Positions 1 through 8,060 of a DNA stretch of 64,000 bases are shown here, piece by piece. Source of the DNA: an uncultured Candidatus Saccharibacteria bacterium (GTDB taxonomy: Bacteria; Patescibacteriota; Minisyncoccia; 2-02-FULL-40-12; GWA2-44-9); contig CAZAUE010000002.1 of assembly GCA_964488565.1 (NCBI GenBank), forward strand, positions 40,048 through 104,047, read 5' to 3'. The notes below the pieces were generated by a model. The model had not been told where the DNA came from, made no database searches, and saw only the letters and a program-made list of their open reading frames with translations. The stretch's first letter is position 1. Every line of letters begins with the position of its first letter. A program made the position numbers and the translations under genes.

Positions 1-330
1 ATAAAAAGCACTGTAAACCCTCTGCTTATTTTTGCCCTTGTTTTTTCCAGAATCCGCAAAGGCCTCCACCCTAACCTTGGCTCCCAAAGGAAGCATCGTG
101 GCAGGAACTTCATTGTCCGGACTTATAACAAACTCCCACCGAACCTTGTTTACATAAACATAAACAGTCAAAGGATCGCCCGTCCTGTTTTCAAGAAAGT
201 AAGGATAGGTAGGGATTTCCGAATTTGTCGCCAACGGCCGTTCCTGATAATAAGGACGGTAATACGTCTGCGCATTTGCCATCACTGGAAAAGAAACAAT
301 AACCAACAAGACGAGAAGCAGTCTCTTCAC
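1..330 (-). CDS. Hypothetical secreted protein (3' end runs off window)
   Basis: Manual translation from GTG at 330: MKRLLLVLLVIVSFPVMANAQTYYRPYYQ..., with a signal-peptide-like N-terminus; open to window edge. Confidence 0.65.
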   Translation of the reverse strand, partial: MKRLLLVLLVIVSFPVMANAQTYYRPYYQERPLATNSEIPTYPYFLENRTGDPLTVYVYVNKVRWEFVISPDNEVPATMLPLGAKVRVEAFADSGKNKGKNKQRVYSAFY

Positions 331-439
331 GTTGTTCACCTTTTATATTTCAAGAAACTTCAAATATCATATAGAATTATCCAATTTTGTCAACCATAAT
401 TAAAACACCACAGCTCAATCATTTTCCCCATCACCTTCC

Positions 440-586
440 CAACCCCTCGTCAAGCATCCTCTCACTACGCTCGCTCACCCAGCGTGTTCGCTCCCTGCTA
501 TTGCTCATAAGCTCGTCTGTCTACTGACAGACACCATGCCCGCTTATTTCGCAAAAGCCGCTCGAGAATGCATTGGCTCGGGTTAA
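440..586. repeat. Dispersed ~146-bp structured repeat, copy 1 (inverted relative to copy 2)
   Basis: Reverse complement matches 5127-5313 almost exactly, apart from a 40-bp insertion in copy 2. Confidence 0.9.
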
Positions 587-601
587 TTTAGTTAGCGAGC
601 C

Positions 602-942
602 AGCCCATCTCTGATTTTGCCTTTTCTGAGGAGGAGAAAATATATGAAAGCGAATTAAGGGATTTATCCAAAATAATAGGTGCTCGGAGGGCGGTGCTTT
701 AGCCCGCCCTAGAATCTCTGTCGAGCGCCGAGCCGTCAGCCTGCCTGCGGTAGTCAGGCAATAGGCTGACGAAGCGAGGAGGCAAGCGAGGGTTACTTAT
801 TATAGCTGCGAGTGAGGACAAATGTAAGCTTACTTACAGTTTGTCCGAACGAAGCAGATATACAACGTATTTTGGCTTAAATCCCAAATGAGCTAAGTAT
901 ATTTTAGAAGACGAGGACCGAGGTCAAAATTAGAGATGGACT
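602..942. repeat. Nested palindromic (REP/MITE-like) mosaic
   Basis: Imperfect terminal inverted repeats (agcccatctctgattttg / caaaattagagatggact; gggatttatccaaaata / tattttggcttaaatccc) enclosing internal hairpins. Confidence 0.65.
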
Positions 943-953
943 AGGGAGAGGTA

Positions 954-969
954 AGTTCCGCGCGGAACT
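954..969. promoter_or_regulatory. parS-like palindrome AGTTCCGCGCGGAACT
   Basis: Perfect 16-bp palindrome resembling parS TGTTNCACGTGNAACA; three related copies nearby. Confidence 0.55.
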
Positions 970-1342
970 AAACATCAATATTTTTGAAGTGTTTAATTTT
1001 GGCAACCCCCTTAGATTCATCTAATCCGACCGAGATTATATCAATCTGCCACTCCTGTTCTGAATCATATTTCTTTTCCGCGAGATAAGTCCTCGCTGTT
1101 CTGACTACTTTAATCATTTTGGAACTATTGGCTCTTAGTTCTGGCTCGAAGCCGACAATTATTTTCCTGTTAGCTTTAACTTCGACAAAAACCAAAATCC
1201 CCTCTTTCAAAGCAATGATATCTATCTCGCCCCACGGCTTTCTATAATTTAATTCCAGCACAGTATATCCCCTTTTCTCCAAATAACGGGCGACTAAGTT
1301 TTCTGCCAAAAATCCCAGTTCGGATGTTTTACCTTGAGTCAT
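968..1342 (-). CDS. yraN: YraN (UPF0102) family nuclease
   Basis: LGFLAENLVARYLEKRGY..NYRKPWGEIDIIA..LVFVEVK motif; likely start MTQGK at 1342. Confidence 0.9.
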   Translation of the reverse strand: MTQGKTSELGFLAENLVARYLEKRGYTVLELNYRKPWGEIDIIALKEGILVFVEVKANRKIIVGFEPELRANSSKMIKVVRTARTYLAEKKYDSEQEWQIDIISVGLDESKGVAKIKHFKNIDV

Positions 1343-1677
1343 TTTGACCAAATTATCACTAATTTTTTGTCCACACAACCAAATTGACTTTTGGGCCCAA
1401 AAAATGCTAAACTCAGTAGGTAATTCTCGCAAGAGGATTTTTGCTTTATATATAGGAAATACCTGTTTTTTGGTCCCGATGGCTTTGCCATCGAGGATCC
1501 TCGACTGTGTCGGGACTTAATAGGCTAAAAGACTGGCAAGGCTAACTAATTTAAAAATCAATTAGTAAATTACTCAAAAAAATCATAGCCCTGACACTAA
1601 AAGGTCAAGGGGAAGGGTCATTTTGGCCCAAATTAAAAAGCTTCAAAGAAAGCCCCTCGTTTAATTTTTATGGGACC

Positions 1678-2703
1678 TTGGTCCTTGTTATGTTTGTCCT
1701 GATTTTCAAAGGAACTTCTGGTGAGGGTCAGGCAAATCTGTTCAGTAATCTTATTAGGAGCTATATAGAGGAAACCTCTGCGTCAATCATTACTGTCTCC
1801 CAGTCTCAAAATCAGTTAGCTGACATCAATAGTTTGACGGCTTTAAGCGGACAAAACCTGGGACGAGGAGGAGAAGTTTCAAAAAACTTAGATCCTTCAA
1901 CAGTTCAGGAAAATTCGCTAATGGCCAGCAATCCTGTCGCAACAGACTACATTGAAGCTGGATTTACCAGTAACCAAATAATTGAATATACAGTTCAACC
2001 GGGAGATTTGTTGTCTTTTATTGCCTCCGACTATGGAGTAAGTATTGATTCTATACTCTGGGCAAACAGTTTAGCCAATGCTAACAGTATAAAACCAGAC
2101 CAAGTCTTGAGAATTCCTCCTGTTTCCGGTGTAATTCATAAAGTAAAGAGTGGCGATACTGTAGCCTCAATTGCCAAGAAATACGGAGCTACCACAGATA
2201 AAATACTGGCATTTAATCATTTAGAAGATGGGCAGTCATTGGAATTAAATGAGGAATTAATCATTCCTGATGGAAAAATTAAGTCCTCAGTAACAACCAA
2301 ACCCGGAACACAAACAGCAGTTGCTAAAAGATTTTCATATCTTCCTGATTTAGGTGATTATTTCATGATTCCCACACAGGGACGAACAAGCCAAGGGATT
2401 CATGGAAGAAATGGGGTTGATAAAGCCAATCCTTGCGGTACTCCTATCTATGCGGCAGCAGATGGAAATGCTGTAACTGTTGATGGTGTTGGATATAATG
2501 GCGGATTTGGGCAATTTATTAAATTAGCCCACCCCAATGGCACAGAAACACTTTATGCTCATGCAAGTAAGTTGCTTATTACAGCCGGACAAAACGTTGC
2601 CAAAGGCCAATTAATAGCCCTGATGGGCTCCACAGGTCGTTCTACTGGCTGTCACCTTCACTTTGAAGTCCACGGGGCAAGAAACCCCCTCGTTAAGTAC
2701 TAA
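1678..2703 (+). CDS. LysM-repeat M23 family peptidoglycan endopeptidase
   Basis: Two LysM repeats (YTVQPGDLL, HKVKSGDTV) and M23 motifs HGRNGVD and TGCHLHFEV. Confidence 0.9.
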   Translation: MVLVMFVLIFKGTSGEGQANLFSNLIRSYIEETSASIITVSQSQNQLADINSLTALSGQNLGRGGEVSKNLDPSTVQENSLMASNPVATDYIEAGFTSNQIIEYTVQPGDLLSFIASDYGVSIDSILWANSLANANSIKPDQVLRIPPVSGVIHKVKSGDTVASIAKKYGATTDKILAFNHLEDGQSLELNEELIIPDGKIKSSVTTKPGTQTAVAKRFSYLPDLGDYFMIPTQGRTSQGIHGRNGVDKANPCGTPIYAAADGNAVTVDGVGYNGGFGQFIKLAHPNGTETLYAHASKLLITAGQNVAKGQLIALMGSTGRSTGCHLHFEVHGARNPLVKY

Positions 2704-2727
2704 AAACCACCTTTTCGGTGGTTTTTT
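2703..2727. terminator. Intrinsic terminator
   Basis: aaaaaccacc-tttc-ggtggtttttt-type hairpin right after the stop codon. Confidence 0.7.
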
Positions 2728-2730
2728 GAT

Positions 2731-2748
2731 AGTTCCGCACGGAACAAT
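2731..2748. promoter_or_regulatory. parS-like site AGTTCCGCACGGAACA
   Basis: Exact reverse complement of 3336-3353. Confidence 0.55.
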
Positions 2749-2777
2749 GCCAAATAAAAAGCCCCGCTACGCTGGGG

Positions 2778-3239
2778 CTAGGACTTCTGTTCTTGCGATA
2801 TTCTACTCTTGAGACTCATTAGGGCTGAGACAAGGACTTCCAGATTGTCTCTAGTCAGCGTCCAAAGGACGTCGTTTTTAAAATCAAACCATAAATTAAT
2901 TTTTAGTTGATTTTTGCGATTAGTCTTAATACCTAACTGGATTTTCACGGCATCAGCAAAAAAGGTCTTTTTGCTTGTTTTTGATCCCCCATCAACAATG
3001 TACTGTAAATACGGCTGGTAATCACTAAAAGAAAAACCATTACCAGCCACCATAAACACTGCGGCCACCTTATCTCCAACCTTCACCACACTCGAACCGG
3101 ACCGTATACCTTTCTTTATAATCCTTCCGAGGGATTGATGTTGTTCATTTAAATAAGGATTGCGAAAGCACCTTCTTAGGTCAATAACTATCATTCCTCT
3201 TCTTAACTGGCAACGTTGAACTGATTGAGGACTAAACAT
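2778..3239 (-). CDS. Hypothetical protein
   Basis: 153-aa ORF with upstream AGGAG and downstream hairpin; no motif recognised. Confidence 0.6.
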   Translation of the reverse strand: MFSPQSVQRCQLRRGMIVIDLRRCFRNPYLNEQHQSLGRIIKKGIRSGSSVVKVGDKVAAVFMVAGNGFSFSDYQPYLQYIVDGGSKTSKKTFFADAVKIQLGIKTNRKNQLKINLWFDFKNDVLWTLTRDNLEVLVSALMSLKSRISQEQKS

Positions 3240-3335
3240 CTAGTCTCCTTGATGATTGTTAAGCTTAAAACCTGATATATAATATGCCATTTTAAATAAA
3301 TTACAAGGCGAAAACGGGCCTTTTAAGCCGATTTA

Positions 3336-3353
3336 ATTGTTCCGTGCGGAACT
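3336..3353. promoter_or_regulatory. parS-like site TGTTCCGTGCGGAACT
   Basis: GTTCC-N4-GGAAC palindrome abutting the comM stop codon. Confidence 0.55.
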
Positions 3354-4885
3354 TATGCCAACTCGCTTAGCATCTTCTCATTAATGCGTAGATTTACAGC
3401 TTCGGCCACGTGTTGCTCTTTAATTATCTCAGAACCGTCTAAATCAGCGATAGTGCGGGCAAGCTTCTTGGTTTTATGATATGCCCTTAGTGATTGATTC
3501 TTTGCATTAATAGCTTGTTTGAGCAGATTCTCAGCCTCTTTGGTCAAAATACAGTATTTGTCTATGTTTTTATAATCAATCTCGGAATTATAAAACAAAC
3601 CAGTATTTCTGAACCTAGCCATCTGAATTTCTTTGGCTTTATTGATTTGAGCTTTAATTTCCGCCATTTTTACATTTCCTGAAGGGTAGACCTGTCCAAC
3701 TGTTTCGCGCGGAACATTGATTTGAATGTCTATTCTGTCTAATAACGGCCCAGACACCTTCTTTCTATATTTTAATACTTGAGTAGGGGAGCAGGAGCAA
3801 ATCCCCTTATCCTCGCCAAAATTACCACAGGGACAAGCATTCATAGCGGCCACCAAAGTGAAATTAGCTGGTAGGGTAATTGAGCTAGAGGCCCTAGAAA
3901 CAGAAATGGTGCCTTCTTCAAGGGGTTGCCTTAAGCTTTCTAGGACATTTCTTGGGAATTCCGGAAGTTCATCTAGAAACAAAACACCCCTGTGAGCTAA
4001 GCTTATTTCTCCTGGTTTTGGCCAAGTACCACCACCAACCATTGCTGGAGAAGACGTTGTATGATGCGGGCTTCTAAATGGGCGTTTAAACGAAAGAGGG
4101 GAGTTCTTAAATAGTCCGACTGAACTATAAATCTTGGCAACCTCAATCGCCTCCTCAAAAGACATTTTTGGCAACAACTCAGATAAGGCCTTAGCTAGTA
4201 ATGTTTTTCCTGAACCTGGAGGACCAGACATCAAGATGTTGTGAGCTCCAGCAGCTGCAATAATTAGGGCCCTTTTGGCCGTTTCTTGGCCCTTTATGGA
4301 CAACAATAGACCGTCGTCACCATCTTCAGGAGATTCATTTGTCTTTGCCCGCTCACTAAACAATGGTCGCGTGTTGTTTAAATGACCAACTACTTCTTTA
4401 ATATTCTTTGCCCCAACAACATTAATTCCTTGAACTATTTGCGCCTCAACAAGATTAGAATGGGGGACTATCAACTCTTTAAAACCCTTATTTTTTGCCA
4501 ATATTGCCGTAGCCAACACACCGTTGGTATGCTTTAAAGAGCCGTCTAAAGAAAGCTCGCCAATAAATAATTTTTTAGAGGAATCAAACTGTATTTGTTT
4601 GGTTTCCATCAAATAACCCACGGCAATCGGAAGGTCGTAGGATGGACCTTCTTTTTTAATATCAGCTGGGGCTAGGTTTATAATAATCTTTCTGTGCTTT
4701 GAGTTTGGCGCTGCCAAAGCGCTGTTCTTAATGGCTGAAGCAATCCTGTCTTTGGATTCTTGAACTGCTTTATCGGGAAGTCCGACAATATTAAAAACGT
4801 GAATACCTGGAGTTGAATCAACCTCAACCTCTATGAGTTGCGCGTCTATTCCGCTTATTGCGGAGGAAAAAAGTCTGATGGACAA
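3353..4885 (-). CDS. comM: ComM/YifB Mg-chelatase-like AAA+ helicase
   Basis: IVGLPDKAVQESKDR, NLAPADIKKEG, GPPGSGKT, FRSPHHT, GEISLAHRGVLFLDE. Confidence 0.95.
   Translation of the reverse strand: MSIRLFSSAISGIDAQLIEVEVDSTPGIHVFNIVGLPDKAVQESKDRIASAIKNSALAAPNSKHRKIIINLAPADIKKEGPSYDLPIAVGYLMETKQIQFDSSKKLFIGELSLDGSLKHTNGVLATAILAKNKGFKELIVPHSNLVEAQIVQGINVVGAKNIKEVVGHLNNTRPLFSERAKTNESPEDGDDGLLLSIKGQETAKRALIIAAAGAHNILMSGPPGSGKTLLAKALSELLPKMSFEEAIEVAKIYSSVGLFKNSPLSFKRPFRSPHHTTSSPAMVGGGTWPKPGEISLAHRGVLFLDELPEFPRNVLESLRQPLEEGTISVSRASSSITLPANFTLVAAMNACPCGNFGEDKGICSCSPTQVLKYRKKVSGPLLDRIDIQINVPRETVGQVYPSGNVKMAEIKAQINKAKEIQMARFRNTGLFYNSEIDYKNIDKYCILTKEAENLLKQAINAKNQSLRAYHKTKKLARTIADLDGSEIIKEQHVAEAVNLRINEKMLSELA
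3701..3716. promoter_or_regulatory. parS-like site TGTTTCGCGCGGAACA inside comM
   Basis: Encodes VPRET, like the VSRET peptide left by intragenic parS sites. Confidence 0.55.
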
Positions 4886-4996
4886 AAAAGTGTATCGCCC
4901 CTCCTACGACTAGTTATGTTTAATATTAGAATAATAACCCTTATGTTTTAAAAAGCAATCTCTAATATCGCTCTCGCCCCTTATTATTTCCGCTCC

Positions 4997-5121
4997 CCAG
5001 CCACATACTCTTGAAAAACCGCAATTGGTTTTCTCCTGCGAAAAACCATTGCTTCATGCTCAGCGTTCCGAAGAACCAAGCCGAAACGCTTCCGCAACAT
5101 TTTTCAAGAATACGTGACTGG
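4997..5121. repeat. Inverted-repeat-bounded hairpin element
   Basis: ccagccacatactcttgaaaaa ... tttttcaagaatacgtgactgg (imperfect 22-bp inverted repeat). Confidence 0.6.
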
Positions 5122-5126
5122 TTCGC

Positions 5127-5313
5127 TTAACCCGAGCCAATGCATTCTCGAACGGCTTTTGCGAAATAGCTCGGAGTGTGCCGTGCTTTAGCCGGCTTAA
5201 CTCTCTGTAGCGGGCATGGTGTCTGTCAGTAGACAGACGAGCTTATGAGCAATAGCAGGGAGCGAACACGCTGGGTGAGCGAGCGTAGTGAGAGGATGCT
5301 TGGAGAGGGGTTG
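5127..5313. repeat. Dispersed structured repeat, copy 2 (40-bp insert at 5169-5208)
   Basis: Inverted copy of 440-586. Confidence 0.9.
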
Positions 5314-5330
5314 AAGAAATTTTAAGAATC

Positions 5331-5450
5331 AAAAAAGGCGCAGAACGCCCCTAATAAGTATGTAGTGTGGGCTCTGCGCCTTTGGGTCTCTTGCGAGACA
5401 TGAATTGCCGGCAATCCACGAATGTGTCTGACCACCAGCTAAAGATCTAT
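5331..5450 (-). ncRNA. Candidate ~120-nt small RNA or attenuator
   Basis: Follows a near-consensus promoter; hairpins including gtctc-gcaa-gagac; ends in an 11-bp stem plus U6. Confidence 0.4.
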
Positions 5451-5454
5451 ACTA

Positions 5455-5483
5455 ATTATACAAAGTCATTGGTGACACTGCAA
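5455..5483 (-). promoter_or_regulatory. Sigma70-type promoter TTGCAG-N17-TATAAT
   Basis: Minus strand reads ttgcag tgtcaccaatgactttg tataat. Confidence 0.6.
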
Positions 5484-5642
5484 TAGCCAAACTGTGGATA
5501 AGGTGACACCATCAAACCATGGTGACATATTCATGGTGACACCATCAAATATTGGCTAATAGTGTCATTATTCCAAATAATCAGCCCCGCCAAGCGGGGC
5601 TGATTATTTACTAAATTTTATGGTGACAACAGGTTATGCACA
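5471..5642. repeat. Five GGTGACA direct repeats with two DnaA-box-like 9-mers
   Basis: GGTGACA at 5471, 5502, 5521, 5535, 5622; tgtggataa 5493-5501; ttatgcaca 5634-5642. Confidence 0.7.
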
Positions 5643-5651
5643 AACCATCAC

Positions 5652-7079
5652 CTAAAATCCTTTGAGCTTATCTATTGTTCCAAAGATGGCTTCTCTCGAG
5701 TTTGTTACAACAAAATATGTTTTACCATTAGATGCCACAACAATTGAATAGTCTATCGTTCTGTCGGCAAATGGGAAATTCCAGAATCTAATGTTTGTGT
5801 TCCTGTATGAGTTGTTTGTAAAACCAGTTTGGTCTTTATTGCTTTTACCTAAAGAAAACAGGACCTTAAGATCGTTACTTAAACTATTTTCCCAACTGGT
5901 AATTACTTCGGAAGCACTGGCGGAATCTTTTAGTTCTGCGACAGCCACAATTCTATTAGAGGCAGTGGGTTCAATCAACAAATTACCCTTGGAGTCAAAA
6001 GATTCTTTTTGACCATAAACGAACATGGCGGAATCGTTTCCAATATTGCTTACTAATCCCACTGGAACGTTTAAGGCAAGTTTGGACAATAAATCAACAA
6101 AACCATAGGAAGTAGATGCGTTTTGAGCGTCGATAGTATTCAATATTTTAAATGATCCTGGAACCACAACCACCTTGCCAGTATCAGATACAAAAGACGC
6201 TAGTGCTCCAGTCTGTTTGATACTGACACTCTCTCTTACTACTCCGGAAAACATAGAGCTCAATGTTGGAGTAGGGGTTGGAACTGGTGTTTCTGTTGGA
6301 GTTGGCGTAGGAGTTTCAATTACAATCTCCGGGGCTGGTGCTCTTAAGATAAAGAACCAGTATGCAAATCCGGCCACCAATGCTATAGCGCCGATTCCCA
6401 AAAATAACACATTACGATTACCGCCCTTGGACCCAGCCTCAGGAACATAAATTTGTGACTTTTCCTCTGAAGTTGCTGGTGGTTTTGGGGCATCTTTCAT
6501 TTGAGCTAGTGGGCCCGTTTTCTGGCTTTCGCCCAAATTTACACTTGGAACTTTGAATTGCTGACCTGGTACTGCTGGCTTAGGAACGACGGGTTGAGGA
6601 GCAGGAGCTGCTTGTTCAACCTTTCTGGGAATATTAATTCCGGCTGGTTTTTGGCCTTGTTTTATATTAGAAATATCCTCACTCATTGTTCTGATTGAAG
6701 ATTGATATTCTTTTACGCCCGAGGTTGGTGGGGGAGTAACAGAAGATGGAGCTGGGGCTGGTTTTGATTGAGCAAATGACTGAGGGGGAACATTAAATTG
6801 TGGTCGTGGTGCTTCTGGTTTAGGTGTTGGAGTTGGAACAACTGGAGGTCTCACCGTGGTTGGTGGGACAAATGGTTTTGGTGCTGGCGAAGGAGGAGTT
6901 GCGGGTAAACCAGCCATTGGGGGAGATACTGGCGGTTTAGGTGTTGAGGGAATAGGTCTTGGTGCCTGAGTTGAAGGCGCAAGGGGCGGTGTCGGTGCTA
7001 CAGGATTTGTAGAACTTTTACTTAATTCCCTAACCAAGTCATTTATGTCCATAGTTTGGGGTTTCTGGTCATCTGCCAT
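5652..7079 (-). CDS. Proline-rich single-pass membrane protein
   Basis: Long Pro-rich N-terminus, TM segment VLFLGIGAIALVAGFAYWFFIL, PT-repeat linker, C-terminal domain. Confidence 0.8.
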   Translation of the reverse strand: MADDQKPQTMDINDLVRELSKSSTNPVAPTPPLAPSTQAPRPIPSTPKPPVSPPMAGLPATPPSPAPKPFVPPTTVRPPVVPTPTPKPEAPRPQFNVPPQSFAQSKPAPAPSSVTPPPTSGVKEYQSSIRTMSEDISNIKQGQKPAGINIPRKVEQAAPAPQPVVPKPAVPGQQFKVPSVNLGESQKTGPLAQMKDAPKPPATSEEKSQIYVPEAGSKGGNRNVLFLGIGAIALVAGFAYWFFILRAPAPEIVIETPTPTPTETPVPTPTPTLSSMFSGVVRESVSIKQTGALASFVSDTGKVVVVPGSFKILNTIDAQNASTSYGFVDLLSKLALNVPVGLVSNIGNDSAMFVYGQKESFDSKGNLLIEPTASNRIVAVAELKDSASASEVITSWENSLSNDLKVLFSLGKSNKDQTGFTNNSYRNTNIRFWNFPFADRTIDYSIVVASNGKTYFVVTNSREAIFGTIDKLKGF

Positions 7080-7266
7080 GAGTAGTGTTTAAATCTGGTA
7101 TTCAGAAATTTAGTATCAAAACTAAAAACCAAAAAACAGATTATGATTATGCTTGAGATAATTTTAACACAACCAAAGAATAAGTTGTAAACATTTGTAA
7201 ACAAAAAAGACCTCAACACAGTGAGCTTCACGCTATGCGTGAGGTCTCTTCTGTGCCGAGGTCGAC

Positions 7267-7380
7267 CTAGGACCGAACGACAGGTTGCTGTTTGACGGGG
7301 CAACCCGTCATCGTCATGGGGTTGCGACGACGGAGCTTCAGGAGCATCCGCCAGAACCAGAATGTCTTTGATTTCTTCAT
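7267..7380 (-). CDS. Putative 37-aa basic peptide
   Basis: MKKSKTFWFWRMLLKLRRRNPMTMTGCPVKQQPVVRS, preceded by AGGAG; not in the ORF track. Confidence 0.4.
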   Translation of the reverse strand: MKKSKTFWFWRMLLKLRRRNPMTMTGCPVKQQPVVRS

Positions 7381-7412
7381 GGATTCTCCTATCTTGGTCG
7401 ATGGGTCAACAA

Positions 7413-7745
7413 CTACTTGATGATGTTGCTGACCTCAGCGATGCCCCAGCCAACTCGATTGATGCCGACGAGGCGTCCGTAGCGGGAAACATTTCCATCT
7501 TCCCGCATCTCTCCACATGCCCAGACGTGGTTCTGACCCTTCTCGTCAGTCCAGGTGACACGATCGAGGTTGACGTCGTCAAAGCCCTCGGCGGGCCAGA
7601 CGTAGACAACGGCGCCGTCGTCCTTGGGTTGAGCAGCAGCGAGTTGTGCCTTGAGCGACCCAATCTCGCTGTTCTTGCTGATCCTGTCCGCTACACTTGG
7701 ACCGATAATGAGCAAGCAGATCATTACCCAACGAAGTTGCGTCAT
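7413..7745 (-). CDS. Hypothetical exported protein in a GC-rich islet
   Basis: AGGAGG ribosome-binding site before ATG; hydrophobic N-terminus. Confidence 0.6.
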   Translation of the reverse strand: MTQLRWVMICLLIIGPSVADRISKNSEIGSLKAQLAAAQPKDDGAVVYVWPAEGFDDVNLDRVTWTDEKGQNHVWACGEMREDGNVSRYGRLVGINRVGWGIAEVSNIIK

Positions 7746-8060
7746 ACTGCCTCCTGCGCGCTAAGCGCGCGTACCGAATTTTTACAGAACGAATCGTATT
7801 TAAATTATACCACATTTTAAGCCATTTTGTCAAACCATGATTTATAACAAAAAACCAGCTTTTTGAGCCGATTTTTAACATTAGCGCAGGAACTCAGTCA
7901 TCTGAAGACATTTGAGACGTTGGCTGAACCGACTGATACAATATTGGACGAAGTCTATCAGTCGGCGATTAGACAATGCGATTATAGCCGAGATAAAACC
8001 GCTCACGGAGGAGCGGTTTTATCGGAGGCGTGTCTGAAGGTGGCTGGGTTCTGGAGCGAT

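Noticed and set aside
5471-5628. CRISPR array
   Set aside because: Repeats are only 7-15 bp, irregularly spaced, and there are no cas genes
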